64,000 nucleotides of DNA from Balanoglossus misakiensis (taxonomy: Eukaryota; Animalia; Hemichordata): the NCBI GenBank assembly GCA_040954595.2, contig CM082591.2, positions 4,740,909 through 4,804,908 of the forward strand, in the 5' to 3' direction. Below the pieces are notes generated by a model. It made no database searches. It was not told the origin of the DNA and saw only the letters and a list, made by a program, of their open reading frames with translations. Each line of letters starts with the position of its first letter. Within the stretch, counting starts at the first letter, position 1. Of this stretch, positions 1 through 13,483 are shown one piece after another. A program made the translations under genes and the position numbers.

Positions 1-3000
1 GTAGGTTGAAGTTACTTGCTCCGGAAGGACCGTTACAGAATATGCAAAAGTGAGTTCGGTCTTTTCAATTTTTATTTCACGAACGCGTAGGTATAGTGCT
101 AACCTTTCACTGTATCACCGAATATCCATTACGTTGACAATTAGTTGCGTGGACCGAACCACGGTGATCATGGGTTAGAATCAAACCGCATTTTTTTTTT
201 CACTATGGCCATCCACTGGCAGTCGAGGAGAGACCCGACCTCGGTAAGATCGCATTGTCTGCCGTTGTAAATTCCTGGGGGGGGGGGGGGGGGGGCTCGG
301 CCATTTGACTGCTACCGTCGAAACCATGAATATGTACATCGGAATTTCCGACCAATAAACAAGTAGTTAAAACCACTGATTAGCATAATATTGTTCACAG
401 GTGGAAGAAAGACAATTATCGCAAGCTGACATTCGGCGGTTACCAAGAGATTCGAGAAGCAGAGGAAGGATTCGCGGCTGCGCAGAAAGATTATGCAAAG
501 CAATTGGTCAAGACAAAGAAAGCGAAAAAGGTAAATATTAAAGAGTCACTTGTCAATGGAATTTCACACTTGCGGAAACAACTGTTGAGTGGAAAACATT
601 GATGGATGCTGGTTCAGTGCGCGCGTTTCACGTCATCCTCAAATGGGCGAAATTTCAGGGTGTCTCAAGTTTTGTCCAAAAAATACAGTAATGGCCTTTA
701 AACGGTTCCGTATCCAATGGCACTTCGGAATCCACAGTTTCCCCAAGACACCGGTTTATGACTCAAGACGTGTTCGTTTGTCCACCAAACGTGACCCGTC
801 AAACTCAAAGGCTCTATCAAACCGATGTTTTGTTTTGCCTGTCTCTCAGGATTACCACATAGCCTGCACCAACGTGGCCAAAGCGCAGGAAGAACTGGAC
901 ACGCAGACTCTGTCGCCGTCATCGAACCCAGACTCGTTGCGGAAACTGCAACAGAGAGTGGAAAAATTGGTCAGCGAGCAGGAGAAACTGAAACAACAGT
1001 ACCAGCGGCGACTTCTAGAATGCCACGGGGACTTGAAATCAAAATATGTACAGGTGAGCGTTTCTATCATCATCATGGTCATTGTGATCAACATCATTGT
1101 CGTCGTCGTCGCCACCACCACTACCACTATCGTCACCAGCGGTTGACATACATTTTGTATATCATCATCTCTTGCAATAAAATGCTTTTCCTTAATTAAA
1201 ATATATGTTGTGATATTTCTGGTCATATTTCTCATGTGGTATGGTCTTCCCCCTGTACCCTGAACATAATCAAACCTGATCGAACGGCCGAGTACTTGAG
1301 ATCACTATTTTTACTTTCTCTTCTTTGCAGCACATGACAATTCAGTTTGACAAATGCCAGGACTTCGAGAAGAAAAGATTGGATCAGTTCAAGGAACAAT
1401 TGAACCACGCCCTCAAATGCGTCGACGTCTCTCTGTCGCCTAAGTAAGTTTCACCATTTCACCCTATTTCACTGTGTAGAGGTCCACTATACCAAAGAAA
1501 ACAATAGATTTGGACCAAACCATAGTGCAGAAAGGGTTGTGTATGTAGCTCCACATATTCAACACAATTATTGATCGAAAATTTCTGACATTGTCATTAG
1601 ACGTTACATAAGTGAGGCCTGTGGACAAAACGTGTGTTAAGATTTATTTCCGTCACCTTCGGCCAATAATTCCTTGAAACTTAAGTTTTTCTTGTTTCTC
1701 GTTCAGCTTCCAGAGCACGTACAAGCAAGCGTATGGATCTATCCAATCGGCCGACGCAGGCAAAGATCTGGATTCGTGGAGAATTAAGTATGGCACGGGA
1801 ATGGAGCCAAACTGGCCCAAATTTGAAGTACGTACGCTTTCCTGTATATACCTAGACTAGCCCACTAGTCGCTTGGTGATTTTTTAATCTCAATACTTTT
1901 TGTGTTTTCGGTGTTTTTTGTCTAATTGCAATAGTTGTTGCGTGCATGCTTGCCTTGAGCGTGTTTTTGGTAGTGAGGTGAGTTTCGAATTTGGGACTGA
2001 GCTTGTGGTTTCGGGTTATGGGCCTATGCGTTCCCTTACGCGTTCCCTACACATAATGAAGCCCATAGACTTGATACCACACGTTCAATCATTTGAAGAA
2101 ATTGAACTCGTGTTGTACGTTAATCAACTTTTTATGTTACTCGACTTTCTCGTCCACAGGATTACGATGTTCAGGCTGACGGCAGGAAATTTAGCTTTGC
2201 CCCTCGAGCATCGAGACCATCACAGACATTTAGAGATGACGGGTACGTCCCTCTTTTGTATTTTGATCGGTTGTCGTGCACGTTTTGTCGCTTGTGGGAC
2301 TAGGCTGGATATAGACCGGCCCATGCGTGTAGTCTCCCAATGATATTTTGGCACATTTTAAGTAACAGTTCCAATTTTGCTTTCACAGTCTTCTCGATGA
2401 CGATTTCGATTCTGACGATTTTGACGACTATTCTGACGAAACAGACGCGGAGAGCAACACGAAAGAAGTGAATGGACACAAGGACGAAGGTGAGAGTATG
2501 TACCGTGACAATTTCATTTTTTTTGCGCCAATTAAATTTCTTGTATACGTTCCACTTCGATGCCATAGTATATGTATTTGCCTGGTTATTTTCTAGACTC
2601 TCTCACAGCCCCTCTCGTCATCCACGCCGGCTTATGGACTGATTGCATGTGTGCCCGGCGAGAGGTTCGCTACACAACACCAAACGGTGCTTCTCCCTTG
2701 CCAAACGGTTGAGGGCGCGTCAGTGAAGATCCTTATTGTAGCGAACCGTGGGCTGTGAGAGAGTCTAGTTATTTTCGTACCCAGCAATGCAATTTTTAAA
2801 CAACACCGACAACGTTCAATTTGCAGATTCACACTCCCTGTACGACAACATCCCGGCGCTGAGTCCGGCCAGTGAGGCCAGCAGCAGTCAACCCACGAGC
2901 GCCGGAGCACGCTCGCCATCAACGGCGGCAAGCAGTTTAGAAATGTTCGCCGTGAGGGCGTTGTATGATTTCGAACCGGCCTCCAGTGACGAATTGCAGC

Positions 3001-3350
3001 TGCGTGCGGGTAAAGTCTAACTTCTCCGAAAAATGTGAAATAACGCGTTTTTTTTAAACTGAAGAATTTTCTGCATGAAAAAAAAGTCGGTCGGAACATG
3101 ATCAACTTGATGAAGGAAACCTCTCCATAACCTACCCGACTATTTCTAGTATCATCAACATTTTACAATGCAATTTTTGTGTAATTATTCTGTTCTTTTC
3201 GTAAATCTTCACTTCATAATATTACTGTGCTTTATTTTAGGTGACATCCTGACTCAAATCGGGAACGTGCACGACAATGGATGGGCCTATGGCAAGCTGC
3301 GAGACAAACTGGGGCTGTTTCCAGCCAATTATGTCGAAGCTCTCAGGTGA
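1..3350 (+). CDS. Divergent PACSIN/syndapin-like protein (F-BAR + acidic linker + SH3), 5'-truncated by the window edge
   Basis: Hand-spliced GT-AG exons with consistent phases: <1-49, 401-530, 850-1053, 1331-1443, 1707-1827, 2160-2242, 2389-2489, 2827-3009, 3241-3350 (TGA). Peptides WKKDNYRKLTFGGYQEIREAEEGF, HMTIQFDKCQDFEKKRL and ADAGKDLDSWRIKYGTGMEPNWPKFE align to the PACSIN F-BAR of the downstream gene. SH3: VRALYDFEPASSDELQLRAG/DIL...GWAYG...GLFPANYV. Confidence 0.88.
1453..1538. mobile_element. Diverged copy of the ~90-bp MITE family
   Basis: TTTCACCC...AGAGGTCCA...AACAATAGATTTGGACCAAACCAT...GAAAGGGTT is similar to 6977-7066. Confidence 0.6.
1852..2071. repeat. Dispersed repeat (copy 1), unclassified transposon fragment
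   Basis: TAGACTAGCCCACTAGTCGCTTGGT...GAGGTGAGTTTCGAATTTGGGACTGAGCTTGTGGTTTCGGG...ATAATGAAGCCCATAGA is highly similar to 24908-25120. Confidence 0.85.
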
Positions 3351-3959
3351 ATTCACAACTTCGATGAAAAATCTCGCGGTATCGGTTGCGTTACCATGGA
3401 AGCATTCTTTAGTGTTGGAATTGACTTTCCCACGCAGAACTAAGTCAGTTGCGCTATATCTTTGTGATCTTTCCGTAACTAGATGGGAAGAAATGCATTT
3501 GTCAACGAAATTTTAAAATTTAACGTATAATAAATACAAGTATTTAACAAAATGTATGATTATGGTATTCGTAGGCATATATATATGCCTCAACATTTTA
3601 GTGAGTTTCCCATCGAAATTGTAAATGTCTGTAAATAAATTCTTCATTTAAACACATTTGATTGTCTGTAGTGATTTATATCACACTGTGTGTGCAAACG
3701 TCTCGAAAATTGTAGAACGGTTGTCAGTACGTGTAGTTTGCCAACTTTTGAGTTGTTGTACTAACTCTTGGATGAGTGTGACGGGGTTCTGTTCCTTCGA
3801 GTTTCATGAAATATAAATCGCTAAAATCCTAGAGAGGGCTTTAAAAATTAAATCTCTATAAGCGAGAAAATTAGGCAGGTGAAAAGAATAAATTCGTTCG
3901 CCCTCAAAAGTAGTTTTTTTTTGTCGAAATGTGGGTCGGGGAAAAAATGTTTCGCCGGG

Positions 3960-4150
3960 GCGCTGTGACCTCATCCAGAGGTAACCAATCATATGATTCG
4001 TTGTATAGCGATTAGCATCGTATGCAAATTTAGGCCACGACCCCACCCTGACCGCCATATTGGTTATCGTGGAGTTCCGGAAGGCAGCACGTTTAGTGGC
4101 AAAGTCGCAAGAAGGAACTGATATCGGCTAAAGAAAGCCAATTATTAAAG
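3960..4150 (+). promoter_or_regulatory. Putative promoter and non-coding first exon of the canonical PACSIN gene
   Basis: CpG-richer patch with TGACCTCA (3966), CCAAT (3985), octamer ATGCAAAT (4022) and a CACCC box, followed by a strong donor AAG|GTAAGT at 4150/4151. The ATG exon starts at acceptor TTTTTCCAG|G (13440), so an upstream UTR exon is required. Confidence 0.5.
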
Positions 4151-6976
4151 GTAAGTACTTGAAAATGAGTAGAACCTTGGCGCGGCTTTATCTGAATAAC
4201 GACAGTTATTTCGGTAATGCTGCCATTCGCTCACAACTTCGGGTTGAATACCGTGTGTCAAAGTTTGACCATGGCGTAACGACAAGCTTGCCTAATGTAC
4301 ACAGTGGCACTTCGACGGATCCGACACCCATACCGTGGTTTTATTCCGCTGAAATACAACACTTTTCTTAGACGTAGGCAGTTTATGTCTTATATACACA
4401 GTTATTTGTTCATATACTTCAATAATGTGAACTTGGACAGGAAGTTTTGGTCAACTTGTGAACGTGAGCGACTGTCGGCCACCGGCAAGAATTTTAAGGC
4501 AAGGGGGGTGTTACCACACAACCTGGGCGGTCACCTGGGACAATATTGACCCTGGCCCCTTTTGGTGACTATTTGTCGAAAAATTGCCGAAAACCACTCC
4601 TTAAAAACAGCCTCGGTTGTGAATATATGGTCGGTTGCATCTGTGTCTGAAATGTTTGCGGAAGCAGGAAGTCTTTGACAGTCTACTTCACAGTCACACG
4701 TCCGCTTGGGACATCACGATGTGTTTAGGCCAGGGTTTATAAAATAGTCTAGATGCTGCTTTTAGATTATTATACATGCAAACACTAAACAAATATCTAT
4801 TACGTGCCAACACTAAAATTAATCTTTTGTGCAAACACTTCGACCAGTGTAAATGTTGAAATAACGGTAGTAGTTCTGGGGTTGATAGAAGCAAAATTAC
4901 TTATGGGTACCTGGTTTAATGTGTTTGAAATGTACATGCCCATGTCGATTGTTGAAATATACATGTTCGCTCTAAAGTTTGTGATCTTTGCCTTGTTTCA
5001 CCTGATGAAAAACCAGATAGCTACTGTAGTTTATGGCAAAACAAAATCTTCAATAAAAGAATAATCAGGGAAAAACGATGAAAACGTATGTTGTAATAAA
5101 AACTGTGCAAACCCATATAACAACTTGCAATAGTATATTCCACAAATTCATATACTTCTGAATATTACAGATTATTATATTATCATAAAAGACTTGAAAC
5201 ATCACCGTCCCAACATTCTTTAAATATTTTAACTCGGAAATGATTTACATTGCGATAAAAGTGTGGCACCTTTCTGGTATGTAAGGTGGGAAGGTCTTTG
5301 GGTTGTGGTTGCTCTTGAAAGGTGGAAGAAAGAAAAGAGGTCAAGGCCAGTGTGACCTCTGCTCGCCGTACATACCTGGCCTGCTGTGTATTTTCACCTG
5401 TGCCAGTCTTTAATTGGTGAGACTATTTTTAGTCAATCTGTACAGTACATGTATGTATTACGTAAGTGACATCAATGTGTTGGGTAAATGCTTTTGTGTG
5501 TGTGTAGACTTGGCAGAAGTCCGTGAAAATGCATTAGGGCTCTGAAGGCTAGTCTTGTACAGGTGACAAGTCAATGGACATAAAAAGGGCATGATTGATG
5601 ATCAGAACTGGAGAATATATAGTGAGGCTGTGTTTAGTATTCTCAAGAACAAGATTGGGGTGTAGTGAACGATACTCCCCATAGGTTTTCCTGTGTTCTG
5701 CATATATAGACGCAATCTTGTTCTTGCGAATACAAATCTGAACACAGTCTGAACAGAGCATAATCTGGCCCTTCTTTGTAGAAAAATAAGCTGTGATTTT
5801 GTGTTCAGTGGTAAAATGGAAATGACATTATCAGTGATTAATTTATAATTTGGTTATAACTGTTAGTTATCCTGTGGATGTCTTGACCCATTAACAGTCA
5901 CAACAAGCAGATATTTTAGTCTTGGTGTGAAATCAAACTACTGAAATGATAAACTGGGCAAGACTGAAGTAAACATCTAAATTATAAATTGTACGGGAAT
6001 ACTTTTGTAAACTGAAAACCCAAAAGACTGATATTATTGTCTAGTGTGTAGTTTGGTTTACAATTCCACTGTATGTACACAGTACAAGGTTGACCAGATT
6101 CCCATCAATAGACATCTGGTGTAAAATTTCACTCAGTCCCCGAGGTAATAAAACGTTTTCCATTGAAAGCTTGCTTGACATAAATGCTTGGCTGAATATA
6201 CATGCGATTGTTTGTATGGGCTGTGTCCACAAAAGAAAGTTCAGTTGTTTTGATTTGTGAAAGGGAAAGGTGACCTCAAAATGGCTGACGGGGTCACGCG
6301 CTGCAGATGTTCATTTGTGATGATTTGTGATCATAACTTTGATATTTAAATTTATTGGCTGTTCTGAGTCATTTATGTGTGTTGGAAATTAAGGATTTTC
6401 GCAGAGGAATGTTCAGAGAGTGAAATGTACATAAATTTCCAGCATGGTTTTGTATGGAAATATGGCATTTGTAGTACAAAAAAAAATGTGTATGGTTTAA
6501 GAAAACACAACAAAAACCCTGAAAAAGGGCCAATAGATCTGTAACAGCTAATGGACTATTAACTGAGACATTCCAACTTGGAAAATGGTTTTTCCTTGGC
6601 CTATATTATATAATTTAGTGGACTGTTTCTTGCAGTATAAAGTGAGAATTTTTGTTTCGTCACTGGTTTGCGTCTTATATCATGGGCTATATTTGAAATG
6701 TGACGCATACATGTAGCATTGTGTTGGTCCTGACCCAGTGTAAAGGGCACAGCCTGTCTTTTGTTGTGTCATCTCTGGTAACCATTGAGGAAGTTAGAAT
6801 CTGAGAACACGGAAGTTGATAACCTATGCATCATACCCCCTGTCTACCAACAGATTAATATTCATGGTTCAAGTCATTGTGTGGTCATTATGTGTTGTAA
6901 TGTTGCATGCAGTAAATGTATATACAATCACAGAATTACACTAAAAATTCCTGGTCTCATGTCACCAGACAGATAT

Positions 6977-7066
6977 AACCCTTTCACCCCCAGTTCCCTC
7001 TTTAAGAGGTCCAACCTTACCATAGAGAACAATTGGTTTGGACTGAACCATGGTGGTGAAAGGGTT
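6977..7066. mobile_element. ~90-bp MITE-like element with TIR AACCCTTTCAC...GTGAAAGGGTT
   Basis: Clear terminal inverted repeat. Diverged copies at 1453-1538 and 14747-14835 share the internal GGTCCA...AACAAT...TTGGAC..AACCAT motifs. Confidence 0.7.
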
Positions 7067-9549
7067 TGTGTATAGTGACAAGGGGAATGTGGAAAAAAAA
7101 TAATTGGAAAATCCAGGTAACACTAAACTGGCTTACTGCCCCTCATTAGAATAACAAAACCGCTAATGTGAGTGATTACATATAACTGTTTTAATTGCGT
7201 AACACTCGCGTCTTCCTTCACTGGGTGAATAGAATTCAACTGAACATTCATAATGTCTTCACACAACAGAAATATTTGATGTGTATCATTTTGCTGGAGT
7301 TTTGTATGAGAAGCTGGAAACCAAATTACTAGATGTAAAATCTTGATCGTTGGTATACTAGTAATTGAATTCTAGGATTTGAACTTACTGGTAGTGGTAG
7401 GTACTCCTTGATGCTGCAAATCAGCTGATAGTAGGTGATCGTGCGAGTACAAAGTAATCAAAATTCGCGATTACGCGAATGCGCAACTTCACGCATCATA
7501 AAGTGGGGAGAATTTATACGTGCAGATATCTATGCTGAGATATCTCCGATGCTTGGAGTTGCTACCCCCGTTTACAGCAGACGCCCAAACCAGCAGTTTT
7601 GAATGGGTGGTGAATCATTGCGGAAATGTGTTTGTCATTCCCTGGCCCGGTCAACCCATTAAAATCTACTCGAATTGAATTGCTGGTCTGATGCAAAGAC
7701 GTTATCACAGTACCGTGCAGCAAGTTGAAAGAGAAGTATTCATATATCTGACTTCCACTGTGAGACTGACCCCAATACTTGCGTTTCTAGAGTCAATCTC
7801 GTGGGAAAATGCGTTTTCGATTTGAAATATTGTCAATTTAAATTTCTCTAAATCAGGTGAAACGGTGATTACTGATGAAAAGATGTTTAGAACTGCGACT
7901 GAGTTTTTAAATCAGGTTTAATTAATTAATTAAGGAACTGGGCGTTTAATAATAAAATGGAGGCCTTGAAGTGAATGAAGCGTGGAATGGCCTTTTGAAT
8001 AATTACCACTCACCCATGGCATGTAATACTAGTAATAATTTATTGGCTTCTGGTAGGAAAATATTCTGACATACATACATATGCCATGGTTAATTTAACA
8101 AAGAAGTCGTGTCCAGCACATTATTCATAGAAAATTAAAAACAACACTGAATTGTGACATTTTTAAATTAATATTAATAAGAAAACACTTTTTGACCAAT
8201 AATGATAAATTCTGATATGCAAGGATTGATCATGATCATTCTAGACCGAACACTTCATGAAAATATCTGAGGGAAATGTCTCCCACAATCGGAAAGATCT
8301 TGTACAATATCTACAAATTATCATATGTCATGTGGCCAAAGATTAAAGTAGTCTAAGTCTGTAAACACTGGCTATCAGTCAGGGGTTGATGAGATGAAAC
8401 TATCAGATGAGACCCAGTATATGATTAACAGTTCGGCACGAGTTCAGGATACAGTGGTGAGTTTGTACACATGGTGAGATATCCTAAATGTATGTGATGT
8501 ACATGTATATCTACATGTGCAGGTATGAGCTTAAATATAATTACATCTTACAAAGGTTACAGCATCTGGTTTGAAATCAGTGAATTTGTGTGATAATTGA
8601 GACAGCATTCCTGCACATCGACTAGCGTGCAGTGAGAGTCCCATAGTTCAGTGCACCGGGGCCGATAGGTGAACCCCGGAGATGCCAGAAGGGTGAGTCA
8701 ATACGGCCGGAATTTCCATCACAATGGGTCCAAACTCGCCCGGAATGTTGGGCGATGAAAGGCTACCTGGTCAGACGTGATTGTCTGCCCGTGTTGACAT
8801 ACAGCAGGGTGTATTGTTTGCGAGGTTTTCTGTGTCACTTTGTTGATAATCCTGGCGAATGTGGGGCCTGTAGTTAGTGCTTTGCAGGTGCGCCAGAGAA
8901 AGTAGGTGATGTGTGATGACCCAGTATTTCCTGTACATTGTCTTACAAACTGTAAAAGACCTTGTAACTTGTCAAGCTAGCAGTGTTTACAAAGAATGCA
9001 AATTTCATCTAAAATAGTATGATTTTATGATTGATTATATTTGATTTGATAGTGGAAGGACTGTGTTATAATGTAGGAAAGACACTTGTGTTTGAAAAGA
9101 TCCTGGTCAGTGATCGTAAGCATTTATTATGTATCTGTGGTGAGTTTCATAATCAATTTCGTGTTGTTACGTGGAATGTCTGGTTTCTACTACAGTAAGA
9201 CCTCTCAAAAATCAACCTTCCTGGTTGATTGGTTGACGACGAATCCTTGGTCAAGTTCATGTACTTGCTTAAAATCAGAATATATACCTGAGCTGCCAAG
9301 TCTGTATATAGTTCACGGCCATTGCAGGGTTGACTAAACAGCTTCTTTTATGTAGTTATTGATCTGTTGGGACTAACTCCGATGGAACCCATTGTATGCT
9401 ATTTTCACAGTGCAGTGAAGTAGCTGCCCCAGTTCTCTGTTGGCGAGTCACTTAAAATTATCTTATATCGTTAGTTAAAAAAAGCGTTCTATCTAAAATA
9501 CATGTAGCAACGTGTTTTTTTATGTTTCTGTCTGTCTGTCTGTGTCTCT

Positions 9550-9578
9550 GTATGTATGTATGTATGTATGTATGTATG

Positions 9579-9609
<31 letters not shown>

Positions 9610-9763
9610 GTGTATGTGTGTACATGTATTTATATGTATATGTATGTGTGTATGTATGTATGTATGTATGTATGTATGTATGTATGTATGTATGTATGTA
9701 TGTATGTATGTATGTATGTATGTATGTATGTATGTATGTATGTATGTATGTATGTATGTATGT
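9550..9763. repeat. (TATG)n microsatellite with an interrupted middle
   Basis: Directly visible in the sequence. Confidence 0.97.
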
Positions 9764-12700
9764 CTTTCGTGATTGACGTGAAATAAGAATGTGAGCTTGA
9801 AAAAAAATTGTCACATTGAGGTGGAATTCTTGAGGCACAAACCTTGCCTCAGGTGTAAAATAAAGATACAATGGGTGATCACATGACTGAAGTGCAGGGT
9901 CATGGGTCATCGGTTGACCTTTATTCACTCTGATTTATCGGCAACTCTTGTGTGCACAGAGATACAATGTAAATGGTGTTAGACAAAGCATAGCTGTATA
10001 ACACCGCAACTCATGTATTTAGCACTCTGTACACAAACGCACTCATACGTTGTACGTGAAGTGCTCTTCAGCAAACACTACATCGCAATTGACGTGCAAG
10101 CGACCATCCCAAATGCTTGCGTCGAGTCGAGTGGCTCCATCTGGGGCGAAATCTAGGTCAGAACGTATACAAACAATCAAATATGAAAAAGAACCACATG
10201 ATTCTAACTCATAAGTTGTATGAAACGGGTCAAAGGTCAAATGATAAAAAAAACTTTATCTTCCAAATACGTAAAATGCTGTGCATATTTTGGCACATTT
10301 ATGGAAGTCGTGGCAAATTTATGATTTTAATCGATTTTGCTAGAAGCGGTTTGATCCTATATAATTAAACTGCGTGAGTATAGATGATAAAGTGTCCAAG
10401 CGTTATCTCGGCCACACCTTCTGAAACAATATTTAATGTGTGTTCAGATGATCCTGTCCGATTGGTTTGGGTCATGCTGCATTGCAGTGCGATGACGTTC
10501 ACATTTAAATCAAATGCCTGATACAAGGATGTACGCCTGTGAAATATTTTCCTCATATTGTTCCTGTTCTTTTTGTGAGCGTTCATTGAAATTTTTATCA
10601 AGACGTACAAATATGTGCCGAGTGTACTCATGTCGTCATGGTGACATATTTCTAGATATGACCAAAAAATCAGCCACAATTTGCTAAATTCACACTTTTG
10701 TTCATTCATTTTGTAAGAAATGTTGATGTTTACTATCCTAAAGAAATGATGTCATAGGTCACCAGGGGGGTCAGAGTTCAAAGGGTTAAACTCACATTGT
10801 GTACATCATGTGTTTGGTATGTGTACAGGCCATTTAGTGTAAATAAAATTCTGGATTGGTGGCTGTCACATTTTGTGATTAAACTTTTTATTGAAATGCT
10901 CTAAATCAAGTCATCGATGGCGATCGCCGATTGGCATTGGACCAAGGCTGTATTGAAATGTGATTATAGCCCAACTTAACTTTTAAACTGGGTCCAGTAA
11001 CAAACCCTTTCATGTCCAGATAAATTAAAAGTAGATTAAATTTAATCATCATATAAAACCTGTATGTACGGTACATATACACCTACTAGAAGCCAACATA
11101 AACTACATTGTATAAATCTATAAGTGGGCAACAAGAACAGCAAGTTGTATTACATGATACGCAATAAATGAGATCAGCTACTTGACTGTATAGAGTTAAA
11201 ACTGTAGGAGGCAGTTGGGAAATAGTAAATTGAGCTCTGATACTATGCATGCGTATGGTCCAAGTGTGTAAATCTATACTTGCATAAAACTCAATATTGT
11301 CCCATTATGTTGCCTGTCATTACATTAATGCCATCGTTGGTAAGGTACTTAAGGTTTTATTTCGATTGATTCATGCATGTGTCCGTTGAATGGAGCTTTG
11401 GGATTGAAGTGTTTGGGTCCAGTATGGATTCATTATCGATTGGCGCAATTGTCATCAAGAGTGTGTAAATTTAATCTTCGGATGATTGTGTTGTTATAAA
11501 AGGGGGCTGGATTAACTTTGCGATGTGTATTGTGTGTGTGTGTGTGTGTGTGTGTATAGCCGAGGTATAGACATTTTTCTCCTTCACTACTCTGTGAGAA
11601 AAATAAATGGGAGTTTTACAGTAAGATTATTTCACTTTAGTTGTACGCAAGAATTGGCAACATCATATATCAGTGTTATCACAACATATTATCTCTGGCA
11701 AATGTGACATCATGCATATATCAATTTGTATGTTCAGTGTCCAATCTCCTACCATTACTACCACACATGGAGATCTCGTCAATATTTGTTTACTGTTACG
11801 GTGTCGATATAACTGTAATACGCCATTGATATGCGTCCTTATGGTGATTGGTTGGTGTTGTTTACAATGATGATGTAATGTTGATCACAGGCACCTAAAT
11901 GTATGTCAGTGCAGTGGTCCATTATTGTTGTCAGAAATGTCCAGTAGTATTGTTGTAATTTGTAGTGCATCTATCACTGATAATAACATTCCATACAAGA
12001 CAAAACTGGTTTCTGTAGCTTGAATCAAGGATTTTAGATTTGTGTCCACGCCATTTTAAAGCCATTACTACATTTGGGCGAGATCTTTTCAGCCAACTGG
12101 GATAACCTTTGACCCTTGTTCAATTGATAATTTATCATTCCTCCAGTGCATTTGTACATGTAATGCCCTCTGCCTGTGTAAAAGGTCACACACGTTCTGT
12201 ATTCCTGGTTTTATTTAAAGTCACAGCGATGCATTATTCTGTGTGAATTTTTAATTTTTGAAGGTCACCTTCTACGTCAGTGGTTTAGTAATCATTGAAT
12301 ACGTTGGAAATTCTATGTGGTCTGTGTTGAAATCCACTAGTCTACATTTTAAGGTATTGTGTGGAGTGTGAAATTTTACTGTACGGTGAGTACGGTGCTT
12401 TTAGATTTTTTCTAAGGCGACTTGGGTCCTATTGGTTCTTGCGTGAATGTGTCATTATTCCAGCAAAGTGCCATAAAGTGTTAACACTTACATAATTGGC
12501 AGTCGTTCATTTGTACAAGTGTACATTGTATTGTACATATGACCTGAATCAGTGGTCGTCTTCCCATGGGGCCGTTTAGCAACCGTTCACTGTCGATACC
12601 AGTAATGGGAGATATCCGCCCACATCGTTTATCGCAAAGCTGCTGTGGTTAGCAGTTGAAAGATCTGTGTCAGTTGAAAAATTAAACAGCGGTATTTCGT

Positions 12701-13483
12701 GAGTGGTATTTTCAAGTACTGCACTTCTGGATAAACAGGGGACATAGCACGTCTGTGAGATTCCCAACTAAAGGGTGTTTTACCATCAGCCATATACTCA
12801 CACAGCCAAACAAATAGAACAGAATTTGTGCGTTTTTTGTGTGTGAAACATCATAATGTACAATTGTTGCCTGAGCATTTTTGATGTTTGTCAGTTTCCA
12901 TGGTGATGAATTACCAAGGAAACGCAGTCATTGGGTTTCTCTTGGACTATAATTGCCACCACACGCAGCATGTCTAATTATTTCCTGTCGAAATGGGTGG
13001 GCATTGATGTACTGAAGCCTAGGATTGTTCGAATTGTACTGCATACCACTAATTAACGTTAGACGGAAGAGTTGTTTACAAGTTTGGAGAGATTTTAACT
13101 GGCGTATTTTTCTTTAGAAATTTAGATCAAAATATGAGTAGAGCTTGATGCCATTGTTAAAATAAAAATTGTTCTAAAAAAATTAAAATTAATTCATTCA
13201 ATCAGCACTATGCAAAAACGACTTGGCCAAAAATTGCTTGATGATTTTTGTGCGTGATAATGGTCAGTTGTAAATATCTCAATCCCAAGTTTGAATTTTT
13301 CAAAATTTTACAAGATGACTGAAGCAGGTTACTAATCAAAATTAATATTATACCATTGGACATAATTAATGAAATAGCAGGTAGGTTAAATGTTAAAAAA
13401 ATAAATAATAAAGGAAATTATGTGTATGTTTTTTTCCAGGTTGAAATTTGACCATTTGATGGAGAGAACAGCATCGCACTAAG

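Noticed and set aside
277-296. Poly-G run as a functional G-quadruplex
   Set aside because: It is a simple intronic homopolymer of a kind seen several times in the window, and its length is unreliable.
589-1146. 185-aa ORF as a stand-alone gene
   Set aside because: Only 850-1053 is exonic; the rest is intron read-through, including a CAT/CGT/CAC triplet-rich stretch.
2597-2707. Possible extra in-frame exon in the upstream PACSIN-like gene
   Set aside because: A TTCTAG acceptor exists, but the donors (G|GTGCTT, G|GTTGAG) are weak, the peptide is not linker-like, and 2489>2827 already splices in frame.
9458-9928. YIHT/MYVC repeat ORFs (also 19147-19646)
   Set aside because: They are translations of (TATG)n microsatellites.
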